Positions 1 to 8,739 of a stretch of 64,000 nt of DNA are shown here, one piece after another (the stretch's first letter is position 1; every line of letters starts with the position of its first letter). The stretch comes from Acidobacteriota bacterium (GTDB lineage: Bacteria > Acidobacteriota > UBA4820), in NCBI GenBank assembly GCA_029559035.1, contig JAKQCT010000014.1, positions 11,520 through 75,519 on the forward strand. Reading direction: 5' to 3'. The notes beneath the pieces are model-generated. The model was not told where the DNA came from. It ran no database searches and saw nothing but the letters and a program-made list of their open reading frames with translations. The position numbers and the translations under genes were made by a program.

Positions 1-337
1 CGAAAGGCGAGAAGGCTATGGGACAGGGGAAAAGGCTGTCCGAGCAGTTAAAAATGGCTTTTTCCGGAAGCCCTTTCCCTATCCTCGTCCAGTTTTTTCC
101 GTAGTCCCTGCTTCTGAGGAGGGTTCCCGAAACATAGGCGAAGAGCCATCCCTCGTGGTTCGGGTCGGCCGCCACCCAGGGCTTCTTGAAATGCCAGGGG
201 TCCGTCAAGAGGATCTCTTCGGAACTCGTCGGCCACACCTTTTCCGGAACGGGAGGCTGCCGGGGATGAGAGGGATGACCCGGGAGCGCGGTAAAAAGAA
301 TTAAGGAAAAGAGAATGAAAAGAACCGGCCGTTTCAT
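1..337 (-). CDS. Partial CDS (3' end outside window): secreted BNR-repeat (Ycf48-like/sialidase-like) protein. The start overlaps the folA stop as ATGA.
   Basis: My own translation of the minus strand from ATG 337 gives MKRPVLFILFSLILFTALPG... (a signal peptide) ...RSRDYGKNWTRIGKG (BNR-type S-x-D-x-G-x-T-W motif). There is no stop down to position 1. This ORF is not in the ORF track because it is open-ended. The track ORF 48..386 in another frame has a non-protein-like composition. Confidence 0.5.
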   Translation of the reverse strand, partial: MKRPVLFILFSLILFTALPGHPSHPRQPPVPEKVWPTSSEEILLTDPWHFKKPWVAADPNHEGWLFAYVSGTLLRSRDYGKNWTRIGKGLPEKAIFNCSDSLFPCPIAFSPF

Positions 338-882
338 TTACTCTTACCAAGAGAACCGCTCGAGAAACTAAGAGGATCAGAGTCATAATTGTTATTAATG
401 TATTTCACGAATCTAAGCTTGACTCCGTTTTCCAGCTCTTCCTTCACTGAAGCAGGCGAGAAATTCAGAAGCCCGTCCAGCGGAAAATACCTGTCCCCGG
501 TGAATTCCTTCTCTATGTGGGTGATGTAAGCCTCCGCCGAAACGGGCAGGAAGCGGCGGAAAATCGATTCCCCTCCCGCAACAAATAATATATCCTTTGA
601 TGAGAGGTAGTTATCGATTAATATCTCAACTTTATTTACGATAATAATTCCTTTACGCCTGTAATTACTGTCATTTGTGAGGATAATGATCTTGCGGCCG
701 TTCAGCGGCTTGCCGATCGATTCGAAGGTCTTTCTACCGAAAAGGACCGCGTGTCCCATAGTAACTTCTTTAAAATACTTGAGATCCTTAAAAAAATGCC
801 AGGGAAGCCCCCCGCCGTTTCCGATCACTCCGTTAGAGGAGACCGCCGCGATCGTTGCTATCAATGTAAGCTCAACCTCCAC
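334..882 (-). CDS. folA: Dihydrofolate reductase
   Basis: LIAAVSSNGVIGNGGGLPWHFFKDLKYFKEVTMGHAVLFGRKTFESIG is the canonical DHFR N-terminal motif. The protein is 182 aa with a GTG start. Confidence 0.9.
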   Translation of the reverse strand: MEVELTLIATIAAVSSNGVIGNGGGLPWHFFKDLKYFKEVTMGHAVLFGRKTFESIGKPLNGRKIIILTNDSNYRRKGIIIVNKVEILIDNYLSSKDILFVAGGESIFRRFLPVSAEAYITHIEKEFTGDRYFPLDGLLNFSPASVKEELENGVKLRFVKYINNNYDSDPLSFSSGSLGKSK

Positions 883-953
883 AAGAAGTTAACATTTTAA
901 TGAAAATCAAAAGGGTAAAATCTTGAATGTTGCGTAACCTTCTCAAAATAAAG

Positions 954-1412
954 TTATTTTTTTACCGCGTTTTTCAGGAGGAAATCCTTAACCTTAACTT
1001 TATCATAGGATTGCCCCTTTTCGAGGACATCCGTTCTCTGGGAGATCAAGAGTTCGCCCTTTTCGCTGAGAACATACAGATGAGGATATCCATCCGGGCT
1101 CGGGAATTTTGCCATGAAAAGTCCGTTGGGAGTCAGGTCGGATTCCGCATAAATCTTCAGAACGACATAATTCTTTTCAAGCAACACGGCAAGTTCGGGG
1201 TCGTTTTTCAAGAAATTGTCCAATATGACACACCACTTGCACCACGGCCCTCCCACGAACATCAGGATCCTTTTCCCGTCCGCGGCGGCGGTCTTTTTCG
1301 CTTCAGCGAGGTCTTTGAACGGGTCTCTCTCCCTGCCGTAGGGCGGTATGGCAGCGTTCAGCAAGACTGACGCTGTAAGAACAAGAAAGAACAAAAGGAC
1401 AGTCTTTTTCAT
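954..1412 (-). CDS. Secreted thioredoxin-fold protein (Thioredoxin_7-like, WCxWC motif)
   Basis: An internal ATG at 1412 (preceded by a GGAGA RBS) gives MKKTVLLFFLVLTASVLLNA, a signal peptide. This is followed by GGPWCKWCVILDNFL, a CxxC thioredoxin-like motif. The 77 aa upstream in the track ORF are Arg/Pro-rich and not protein-like. Confidence 0.65.
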   Translation of the reverse strand: MKKTVLLFFLVLTASVLLNAAIPPYGRERDPFKDLAEAKKTAAADGKRILMFVGGPWCKWCVILDNFLKNDPELAVLLEKNYVVLKIYAESDLTPNGLFMAKFPSPDGYPHLYVLSEKGELLISQRTDVLEKGQSYDKVKVKDFLLKNAVKK

Positions 1413-1455
1413 CCGGTTCTCCCAAGTATCCGATTTTATATGAACTTCGCCCGGT

Positions 1456-1923
1456 TTGGCAACATGCCGCGCGCCGCGATGTTTATTTGAAGAAGGCATC
1501 GGGGGTATAATGATGATGCGCGGGGAGCGCTTGAAGAGGAGGACGAACATGGCCGAACGGCGAGGGGAAAAAGCCGGGTGGACGATTGGTTTTCTCGGAG
1601 GCTTCGCATGGGTTGCGGTTCTTTCCGTCGTTTTCCTCCTCAAGGGGAAGCCCTCGGCCGGGGCTATCGGACTTCTCCTGTTCAGCGCCGCGATAGTCGC
1701 GGTCCTGTATTTTGCCCCGTGGCGTCATCCGAGGACGAGCGCCTGGAAGCTGATGCTGGTGCCATACTTTTTTCTTGCGCTCTCTTTCGCGTGGGGAGCC
1801 TGGGCCTACGGCGGCCTTGCGCCGCTGGGGCTCGAATGGTGGAACATCGTCTGGTTCGTGCCCCTTCTGCTTCCCTTTTTCACGGGCGGGAACAGAAAGT
1901 GGTCTGACGGAGGTAACGGCTGA
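1456..1923 (+). CDS. Small integral membrane protein (hypothetical). The true start is probably the internal ATG at 1510 (MMMRGERL).
   Basis: It has four predicted TM segments (GFLGGFAWVAVLSVVFLL, AIGLLLFSAAIVAVLYF, LMLVPYFFLALSFAWGAWAY, WWNIVWFVPLLLPFF). Its stop overlaps the next gene's start as ATGA. Confidence 0.4.
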   Translation: MATCRAPRCLFEEGIGGIMMMRGERLKRRTNMAERRGEKAGWTIGFLGGFAWVAVLSVVFLLKGKPSAGAIGLLLFSAAIVAVLYFAPWRHPRTSAWKLMLVPYFFLALSFAWGAWAYGGLAPLGLEWWNIVWFVPLLLPFFTGGNRKWSDGGNG

Positions 1924-2945
1924 TGGAAGCTTTGAAACTCCTCTCCACTCTTTTCCCCATGGCTCTCGCCGCGGGCATAAACATCTACGCGACGATACTC
2001 ATCGCGGGAGCATCATTGAGGCTCGGGCTGATCGATGACCCTCCCGAAGCGCTCCGGATCTTCGAATCGTGGCCGATACTTATCACCGCGGGCGTTTTCT
2101 ACCTGCTCGAATTCTTCGCGGACAAGATCCATTTCATCGACGATATCTGGGATTTCATCCATACTTTCGTCCGCCCCATAGGCATTTCCGTCCTGGTCCT
2201 GGCGTCCGTGTCAACGCTCGATCCGAACGTGGCGGTCTTCGCGGCGATCGCGGCCGGCGGGGTTTCTTTCGTTTCCCACACGGCGAAAGCAGGGACCAGG
2301 ATGTCCATGAACGTGCTCAGCCCCTTCGAGAACTTCAAGAACATAGCGGTGAGCCTTCTCGAGGATATCTTTTCCGCGGGGCTCGTTTTCATGGCGATGA
2401 AGTACCCGTACTTCACCGCGGCCGTCGCCCTCGCGATCTTCGTGTTCCTTCTCGTGATGCTTCCGATCCTCTTCCGCTGGATGAAGTTCATCTTCACCGC
2501 GGTCTTCCTGAGGCTCAAGTCTTACGCGGCCCGAGTGGAGATCCCGGACGTACCGCCGGGGGGGCAGATTAGACTTCTGGATCACGAGAAGCCTTCCGTC
2601 TCTTCCAAGTGCAAATCGCAGGGCGTCCCCAGTGCCGGAGGCCGCAGGGGATTCCTCTCCGTTTTCCCCGGAAAGATGGTTTTCACTTACAGGAAATGGT
2701 TCCGGGACCGCGCCTGGACCCTCTTGAAAGCGGACATCGAGGGCGCCTATATCAGGAGAAGGCTGCTCGTGGATGTGCTCGAGGTCCACTACCTGAATGC
2801 GAAAGGGAAAAAGAAGACCGCGAGGTTCGTCTTTTACAAGGACCGTTCGCCGCTTCTCGAAATGATCGGGGCAGTCCTGGAGATCCCGTCCGACAAGAAC
2901 GGGGCCGGAGGCGCCTTTTCCCCGGCGGAAGCGTCCGCCGGCTGA
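1923..2945 (+). CDS. Polytopic membrane protein (DUF4126-like) with a C-terminal soluble extension
   Basis: The protein is 340 aa. The N-terminal 190 aa have multiple TM helices (MEALKLLSTLFPMALAAGINIYATILIAG...) and resemble the DUF4126 family as I recall it. The C-terminal 140 aa are basic and soluble. Confidence 0.45.
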   Translation: MEALKLLSTLFPMALAAGINIYATILIAGASLRLGLIDDPPEALRIFESWPILITAGVFYLLEFFADKIHFIDDIWDFIHTFVRPIGISVLVLASVSTLDPNVAVFAAIAAGGVSFVSHTAKAGTRMSMNVLSPFENFKNIAVSLLEDIFSAGLVFMAMKYPYFTAAVALAIFVFLLVMLPILFRWMKFIFTAVFLRLKSYAARVEIPDVPPGGQIRLLDHEKPSVSSKCKSQGVPSAGGRRGFLSVFPGKMVFTYRKWFRDRAWTLLKADIEGAYIRRRLLVDVLEVHYLNAKGKKKTARFVFYKDRSPLLEMIGAVLEIPSDKNGAGGAFSPAEASAG

Positions 2946-3061
2946 ACCCGTTCTTCGTAACCGCATGTCGTGCCGCCAGGCAACCGGCGTCCGGCGGTGT
3001 GCCGCATTTTTGCAAGCGGGGCGGGGATTTGGTAAAGTATAGCTTGGGAGAAGCAGAAGAA

Positions 3062-3364
3062 ATGGACGATCAGGAGCTTTTCAAGGTCACATGCCCGCAC
3101 TGCAGGGCTCTTCTGGAGATAGACCCGCGGAACAAGCTTGTCGTCGGAGGCGAAGCCCCGCCCGCTCCCAAGGAAGGCCTCTCATTCGACGAGAGGCTGA
3201 AGAAACTGGAGGAAGACAAGAAGAACGCCCAGAGCAAGTTCGAGGAGTCCGTCCGGGCGGAAAAAAGCAAGAAGGAAGTGCTGGAAAAGAAGTTCAGGGA
3301 GCTTTCGGAAAAGGCGAAAGATAGCAAGGATATGCCCATGAAGAGGGATATCGATCTCGATTGA
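3062..3364 (+). CDS. Small zinc-ribbon (CPHC) and coiled-coil protein, hypothetical
   Basis: MDDQELFKVTCPHCRALLEID... is followed by a Lys/Glu-rich coiled-coil tail. GGAGAAG lies upstream of the ATG at 3062. It is the only protein-like part of track ORF 2609..3364. Confidence 0.4.
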   Translation: MDDQELFKVTCPHCRALLEIDPRNKLVVGGEAPPAPKEGLSFDERLKKLEEDKKNAQSKFEESVRAEKSKKEVLEKKFRELSEKAKDSKDMPMKRDIDLD

Positions 3365-3379
3365 CGGAGGAAATGAAAG

Positions 3380-3901
3380 ATGAAGATCGTCAAAGTGGCG
3401 CTGATAATCATTCTCGCGGCCGCCGTGCTCGTCTCCTGCAACAGGAAGAAAGTGGAGCCGCCCAAGGAAGTGGATGTGTTCTCATGCAACACGGCCGAGA
3501 GGGTCGTGGCGAAGGAACTCGTGACCGTCGACAAGGGAACGTCCGTCGACGGCGACGGCTCCATCATGATCGCTACGGCGGAACCCGTGACCGTGCGTTT
3601 CTTCGAAGCCAAGCTTCCCGGGGAGAACTGCAAGTACACTTATAAAGTGAAGATGAAGACCGACACTCTCAACGGGGACGCCTACCTCACGATGGACGTG
3701 AATTATCCCAGCGGCGGAAAGCAGACCGTCCAGCAGGACATCCAGAGCTATCTCTCGGACACGAACGACTGGACACCGATGGAGATAACCATCTCGGCGC
3801 CCAACCAGAAGCCCGCTTCCGTCACTCTCAACGTCATCGTCGACGGCGACGGGATGGTGTGGGTTGACGACCTGCACCTCATCGCGACGCCCCTGGGCTG
3901 A
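3380..3901 (+). CDS. Lipoprotein (signal peptide with LVSC lipobox), hypothetical
   Basis: MKIVKVALIIILAAAVLVSCNRKK shows the type-II signal peptide and lipobox Cys. The mature domain has an all-beta composition. Confidence 0.55.
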   Translation: MKIVKVALIIILAAAVLVSCNRKKVEPPKEVDVFSCNTAERVVAKELVTVDKGTSVDGDGSIMIATAEPVTVRFFEAKLPGENCKYTYKVKMKTDTLNGDAYLTMDVNYPSGGKQTVQQDIQSYLSDTNDWTPMEITISAPNQKPASVTLNVIVDGDGMVWVDDLHLIATPLG

Positions 3902-3903
3902 TC

Positions 3904-4737
3904 GTGCCTTTCAAGCTCAAGGTCTATCACAGCCCCGATTCGGACGACGCCTTCATGTTCTACGGCATCTCAGAGGGCCTGCTGAAGGACCCTTCGCTGG
4001 AGGTCTCGTGCGAGCTCATGGACATCCAGAGCCTGAACGAGAAGGCGCTTAAAGGGGAGATAGACTGCACCGCGATATCTTTCCACGCGTACGCGCACTG
4101 TTTCAGGGACTATCACATACTCGCGCAGGGCGCCTCCTTCGGGGACGGGTACGGGCCCCGGCTGATCGCGAGTACTCCCGTCAGGCTTGAAGATCTGAAA
4201 GGCCGAAAGGTAGCCATGCCCGGTGCGCTCACCACCGCCACGCTGGCTTTCAGGATGCTCGGCATCGATTGCGAAGAGATAATGGTCCCTTTCGACAGGA
4301 TCATGGACGAAGTACGGGAAGGGCGCGCGGACGCGGGTCTTCTCATCCACGAAGGTCAGCTCACATACGCCGCCGACGGGTTCCATCTTGTCCTGGATCT
4401 CGGAGAGTGGTGGAAGGAGAGGACGGGCCTTCCTCTGCCTCTGGGCGGGAACGTCATCAAAAAAAACCTTGACCCTTGCGTCCTGAAGGGCTTCCCCCTG
4501 CTTTTCAGAAGGTCGATAGAGTACTCCTTGGATAACAGGGAAAAAGCCCTCGCTTACGCGAAGCAGTTCGGCAGAGGGCTGACCTGGGAAGACGCGGACC
4601 GTTTCGTTGACATGTACGTTAACAAGTGGACCCGCGGATACGGCGAAACAGGGAAGCTCGCGGTCGGAAGGTTCCTCGATGAGGCGTTCGGGATGGGGCT
4701 GATACCCGAAAAGGCGGAACCCTCTTTCCTCGATTGA
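3904..4737 (+). CDS. MqnA/MqnD (VitK2_biosynth) family protein, MqnD-like (futalosine-route menaquinone biosynthesis)
   Basis: The N-terminal KLKVYHSPDSDDAFMFYGISEG resembles the MqnD-type motif (GxSPCPNDTFxFYAL) that I recall. The protein is 277 aa with a periplasmic-binding-protein-like fold composition and a GTG start. Confidence 0.5.
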   Translation: MPFKLKVYHSPDSDDAFMFYGISEGLLKDPSLEVSCELMDIQSLNEKALKGEIDCTAISFHAYAHCFRDYHILAQGASFGDGYGPRLIASTPVRLEDLKGRKVAMPGALTTATLAFRMLGIDCEEIMVPFDRIMDEVREGRADAGLLIHEGQLTYAADGFHLVLDLGEWWKERTGLPLPLGGNVIKKNLDPCVLKGFPLLFRRSIEYSLDNREKALAYAKQFGRGLTWEDADRFVDMYVNKWTRGYGETGKLAVGRFLDEAFGMGLIPEKAEPSFLD

Positions 4738-4745
4738 GCTTTTTG

Positions 4746-4776
4746 TTGACAAAAGGTGGTGTTTCAAGGCGATAAT
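4746..4776 (+). promoter_or_regulatory. Putative sigma70-type promoter for cheY-cheA (TTGACA-N19-GATAAT)
   Basis: TTGACA at 4746-4751 and GATAAT at 4771-4776. The 19-nt spacer is suboptimal. The next ATG is 17 nt downstream. Confidence 0.3.
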
Positions 4777-4793
4777 ATGATCTTGGAGTTGGG

Positions 4794-5162
4794 ATGAAGA
4801 CCAAGATTCTAGTGGTGGAAGACAGCGGACCGATGAGGAGCCTCATTACCGCCGCGCTCGAAGAACATCTCGATGTCGACGTTTACGAGGCGGAGAACGG
4901 CTTCGCGGCGCTCAAGCTGATCCCCGACAACCAGTTCAAGGTCATCGTCACGGATATAAACATGCCGGACATCAACGGGCTGGAACTGATCGTTTTCCTC
5001 AGGCAGCATCCAAATTTCAAGGACGTCCCGATCCTGATAATCTCCACCGAAGCCGGTGAAGAAGACCGCCGCAGGGGTCTGGAGATAGGCGCGAACGGCT
5101 ACCTCGTGAAGCCGTTCACCGAGGGCCAGCTCGTGGAAACGGTCCAGAAGTTCCTCGTCTGA
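4794..5162 (+). CDS. cheY: CheY-like single-domain response regulator
   Basis: The 122-aa receiver domain contains ILVVEDS, the phospho-acceptor DINMPDINGLE and LVKPF. Confidence 0.9.
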   Translation: MKTKILVVEDSGPMRSLITAALEEHLDVDVYEAENGFAALKLIPDNQFKVIVTDINMPDINGLELIVFLRQHPNFKDVPILIISTEAGEEDRRRGLEIGANGYLVKPFTEGQLVETVQKFLV

Positions 5163-5171
5163 GGGGCGGCA

Positions 5172-7235
5172 ATGGAAAAACCCCAGGTCAAGGCGATCAA
5201 GGATTTCATCGGCGAAGCGGAGGAGATCCTCGAATCTCTCAGCGAAGATGCCGAGAGCGCCAGGTCGCAGTTCGAAGCCGGCGGCAAGATCCGTCCCGAC
5301 ATAATAAACAAGATATTCAGGGAGATGCACTCGCTCAAAGGGCTTGCGTCGATGCTCGCCCTCGAGAAGATCACGGTCGTCAGCCACGACATGGAAAGCC
5401 TTCTCGACAAGGTGCGGATGGGGAAGGTCAAGTTCGGGCCTCCCATATTCGAGATCCTTGATGAATCGAGGAAGGTCCTGAGGCAGCTGGTCGTGGAAGT
5501 CGGACAGGGTGGAGAGAAAAGCGGCACCGAAGACATACTTGCCAAGATCTCCGCCGCGTCAGGCGCGCCGCCAAAGCCCAAGGACCCTCCCAAACCGAAA
5601 TTAAGGCTCGAGGAGGAGACGCTCAAATCCTTCACCGAATACGAAGAACACCGCCTCAAGGAGAACCTCGAGGAGGGAAACAACATATTCGCGATACAGG
5701 TGGGTTACGACTTCACCGATTTCGACACCCGGCTGAGAGCTCTTACCGAGGCTCTGAATGAAAAGGGTGAGGTTATCAGCACGCTCCCCGTCATGGATCC
5801 GTCGCTGCCCGAAGGCATCCATTTCAGGCTGATCTTCGGGACGGACCTGAGCGAGGCAGGGGTGAAGGCGTTATCCGGGGTTTCTGAAGGGACCGTCACC
5901 AACCTGCTGGAGGCAGGAGGAGAGAGCGCGGAGCCTTCCGCCAAAAAGGAAGAGAGAAAAAACGAGCCTTTGCGCGAGGCGGAACCAGCGGAGGCGAGAG
6001 AAGAAGGAGCTGCCGTCTCGGATGAGGCCGACGAGATAAAAGGGATCTCCAACACCGTGAAGGTCGATATCTTGAAGCTCGACGAGGTGATGGGTCTGGT
6101 CGGCGAGCTAGGGCTTATCAGGGCTTCTTTCAGGAAGATCGCCGACAACCTCGCGGGCGTCGAGGAGATGGAGGAGACGAGGCAGGACCTGGTCCGCCAT
6201 GTAAGGTCCATGGAGAAAAAACTGGAAGAGCTTCAGCGGTCGATAATCGACATAAGGATGGTCCCCATAGGCCAGATATTCACCAAGCTCAACAGGACCG
6301 CCCGCAGGCTGGCCCGCCAGTCGGGCAAGGAGGTCTCCATCCAGCTTTTCGGGGGCGAGACCGAGCTTGACAAGAGAATCATGGACGAGCTGGTGACCCC
6401 CCTCGTCCACCTGATAAGGAACGCCATAGACCACGGCCTCGAACCCACGCAGGACAGGCTCAAGGCGGGAAAATCTACCGAAGGCAGCCTCGCGATATCG
6501 GCCTTCCACAGGGGGAATTCGATTGTCATCGAGGTGACCGACGACGGAAAAGGGCTCGATTACGAAAAGATAAGAAAGGTAGCCGTTGAGCGGGGTATCA
6601 TCAGCGAAAGCGCGCTGCTCTCCCCGGAGGAATGCCTCGACCTGATCTTCCAGCCGGGGTTCTCGTCGGCCGACAAGGTGACCGAAGTCTCCGGTCGGGG
6701 CGTGGGCCTGGACGCGGTCAAGACCACCGTCGAGGGGCTCAAAGGCTCCATCTCGGTGTGGACAGAAAAAGGGAAAGGCTGCACTTTCCAGATCATCCTT
6801 CCGATAACCCTCGCGATAATCCAGTCGCTCATAGTCAGGTGCTGCGAGCAGTTCTTCGCGATACCGATATCCTCGATCGTAGAAAGCTTCAGGATAAGCC
6901 CCGAGGAAATAGAATTCGTGGACCAGAAGGAGGTATATAACCTCAGGGGGATAACGCTTCCGATAATGAGGCTGGAGAACCGCTTCGCGCTGAAAAGGAA
7001 TGACGGCCGCGCTCTCAGCTCTCTGTTCGTCGTCGTGGCGAAGCGCGGCGACAAGGTGGCGGGGATAATCGTGGACGAGCTCGAAGGGGAGCAGGAAACG
7101 GTCATTCACCCGATAGGCCAGAAGCTGGGGCACATTCCCGGCATCGCGGGAGCCACGGAGATCGGGGAGAACCAGGTGATCCTCGTGATAGACACGGCGG
7201 GGCTGCTCGCTCCGCTGGAGGCCGTCCGTGTTTAA
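5172..7235 (+). CDS. cheA: Chemotaxis histidine kinase CheA (Hpt-dimerisation-HATPase-CheW-like)
   Basis: The Hpt motif MHSLKGLASMLAL is followed by a PKPKDPPKPK linker, the HATPase N-box LIRNAIDHGLE, G-boxes and a C-terminal CheW-like domain (FFAIPISSIVE...IIVDELEGEQE). Confidence 0.92.
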   Translation: MEKPQVKAIKDFIGEAEEILESLSEDAESARSQFEAGGKIRPDIINKIFREMHSLKGLASMLALEKITVVSHDMESLLDKVRMGKVKFGPPIFEILDESRKVLRQLVVEVGQGGEKSGTEDILAKISAASGAPPKPKDPPKPKLRLEEETLKSFTEYEEHRLKENLEEGNNIFAIQVGYDFTDFDTRLRALTEALNEKGEVISTLPVMDPSLPEGIHFRLIFGTDLSEAGVKALSGVSEGTVTNLLEAGGESAEPSAKKEERKNEPLREAEPAEAREEGAAVSDEADEIKGISNTVKVDILKLDEVMGLVGELGLIRASFRKIADNLAGVEEMEETRQDLVRHVRSMEKKLEELQRSIIDIRMVPIGQIFTKLNRTARRLARQSGKEVSIQLFGGETELDKRIMDELVTPLVHLIRNAIDHGLEPTQDRLKAGKSTEGSLAISAFHRGNSIVIEVTDDGKGLDYEKIRKVAVERGIISESALLSPEECLDLIFQPGFSSADKVTEVSGRGVGLDAVKTTVEGLKGSISVWTEKGKGCTFQIILPITLAIIQSLIVRCCEQFFAIPISSIVESFRISPEEIEFVDQKEVYNLRGITLPIMRLENRFALKRNDGRALSSLFVVVAKRGDKVAGIIVDELEGEQETVIHPIGQKLGHIPGIAGATEIGENQVILVIDTAGLLAPLEAVRV

Positions 7236-8022
7236 GGAGTTCTACGGCTTCAGGGAACGCCCGTTCGGAAAGACCCCCGACCCGAGGTTCCTATTCCCCT
7301 CCGCGGAGCACGAAGAGGCGCTGGCGAGGCTCGAGTACGCCATAGAGGAAAGGGACATGGCCGTCCTGACCGGGGAGATAGGTTCGGGAAAGACGACGAT
7401 CTCCAGGGCCCTCATGGACAGGAACGACAACGACCATTTCATTCTGATCGTAAACCCGAGGCTGAGCCCCAACCAGCTCCTGAGGGAGATAGCGAAAAGG
7501 CTCGACATCGAACCGAAGCATTACAGGGCCGACCTGCTCGACGACATCTCCACCAGGTTCATGGAGATGAACGAGGAGAAGAAGGCCGTGGTCCTCGTCG
7601 TGGATGAAGCCCAGCTGATACCTGGGAAGAACACTTTCGACGAGCTCAGGCTGCTCTCCAATTTCCAGCTCGACGACTGCAACCTCGTCTCCATAATCCT
7701 CATCGGACAGCCGGAACTGAGGGAAAGGCTCAAGCATTCCACATATTCGGCGCTCAGGCAGAGGATCGGAATGTGGTACCACCTCGGCAACCTGAACGCG
7801 GAGGAGACTTCCGCCTACATCAAGCACAGGATGAAGGTCGCGGGAGGAGGAAGGGACATCTTCAGCGCCGAGGCGACGAGGCTCATAGCCGAAAAGACGA
7901 AAGGAATACCGAGGCTGATAAACTCCCTCGCGACAAACTCGCTTCTCACGGGCTTCCAGAAAGAGGAAAAGCCGATCTCCGCCGCCACCGTCAAAGAGGC
8001 CGCGGCGGAAATGGTCTTTTAG
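7228..8022 (+). CDS. ExeA/GspA-like AAA ATPase (AAA_22 type) consisting of the ATPase domain only
   Basis: FYGFRERPFGKTPDPRFLFPSAEHEEALARLEYAI matches the ExeA N-terminal signature. It also has the Walker A motif GEIGSGKTT and a Walker B motif VVLVVDEAQ. The GTG start overlaps the cheA stop by 8 nt. Confidence 0.75.
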   Translation: MFKEFYGFRERPFGKTPDPRFLFPSAEHEEALARLEYAIEERDMAVLTGEIGSGKTTISRALMDRNDNDHFILIVNPRLSPNQLLREIAKRLDIEPKHYRADLLDDISTRFMEMNEEKKAVVLVVDEAQLIPGKNTFDELRLLSNFQLDDCNLVSIILIGQPELRERLKHSTYSALRQRIGMWYHLGNLNAEETSAYIKHRMKVAGGGRDIFSAEATRLIAEKTKGIPRLINSLATNSLLTGFQKEEKPISAATVKEAAAEMVF

Positions 8023-8032
8023 GGAATACCGT

Positions 8033-8716
8033 TTGGAAAAACCCACTAAAGCCGAACAGGCCGCTGGATATACATTCAACGACTCCTCGTTGCTGAGCCA
8101 GGCGCTGTCCCACAGCTCCTTCGCGGAAGAGAAAAGGGGAGGGCGGAAGTTCTCCAACGAAAGGCTGGAATTCCTGGGCGACGCCATAATCGGATTCCTC
8201 GTTGGTAAGGCCGTCTACACACATTTCCCCGAGGAGGACGAAGGAGTGCTTTCAAGGCTGAAGGCCCACTGGGTATCCACATCCGCGCTCGCCGTCATTT
8301 CCGAAGAAGCGGGCGTAAGGGACGCCCTGATGATGGGCGCCGGCGAAGAGAAGAGCGGCGGCGGCGGGAATCCCAGGAACCTTGCGGGAGCCCTTGAAGC
8401 ATTCCTCGCTGCGATCTATCTTGACGGGGGCATGGCCGCCGCGGAAAAGTTCGTTTCGAGGTTCTGGGATGAAAAGATCGGGCGCGAAGGGACCGGAGTG
8501 CTGAGACTTGACTCGAAGACGCTGCTTCAGGAAAAGCTTCAACTGCGGTTCAAGGAGATCCCGGAATACCTGGTCGAGGAAGACGGTTCGGAATTCCTTG
8601 CCACGGTCCGCTTCAGGGGTAAAAACCTCGGAAATGGAAGGGGAAACAGCAAGAAAAAGGCGGAACAGGAAGCCGCCGCGAGAGCTCTTGAAAACGACAG
8701 TTTTGATCATGAGTGA
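8033..8716 (+). CDS. rnc: Ribonuclease III
   Basis: It carries the RNase III signature ERLEFLGDA, plus EAFLAAIYLDGG and a C-terminal dsRBD. The start codon is TTG (or one nearby). Confidence 0.9.
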   Translation: MEKPTKAEQAAGYTFNDSSLLSQALSHSSFAEEKRGGRKFSNERLEFLGDAIIGFLVGKAVYTHFPEEDEGVLSRLKAHWVSTSALAVISEEAGVRDALMMGAGEEKSGGGGNPRNLAGALEAFLAAIYLDGGMAAAEKFVSRFWDEKIGREGTGVLRLDSKTLLQEKLQLRFKEIPEYLVEEDGSEFLATVRFRGKNLGNGRGNSKKKAEQEAAARALENDSFDHE

Positions 8717-8739
8717 TTAAGAAAGAGAGGTGACCGTTC

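Noticed and set aside
48-386. Track ORF of 112 aa on the minus strand overlapping the folA 3' end
   Set aside because: Its composition is Arg/Ser/Pro-rich and it overlaps folA. A different frame (ATG 337 running to the window edge) gives a signal peptide plus a BNR motif and is preferred.
3070-3639. A 189-aa Ser/Thr-rich minus-strand ORF
   Set aside because: It is low-complexity and antisense to two plus-strand genes that have an RBS, a signal peptide and a lipobox.
6108-7133. A 341-aa antisense ORF inside cheA (and similar ORFs at 5705..6211 and 6560..7105)
   Set aside because: These are high-GC antisense artefacts. They are rich in Arg/Pro/Glu and overlap a confidently identified CheA.
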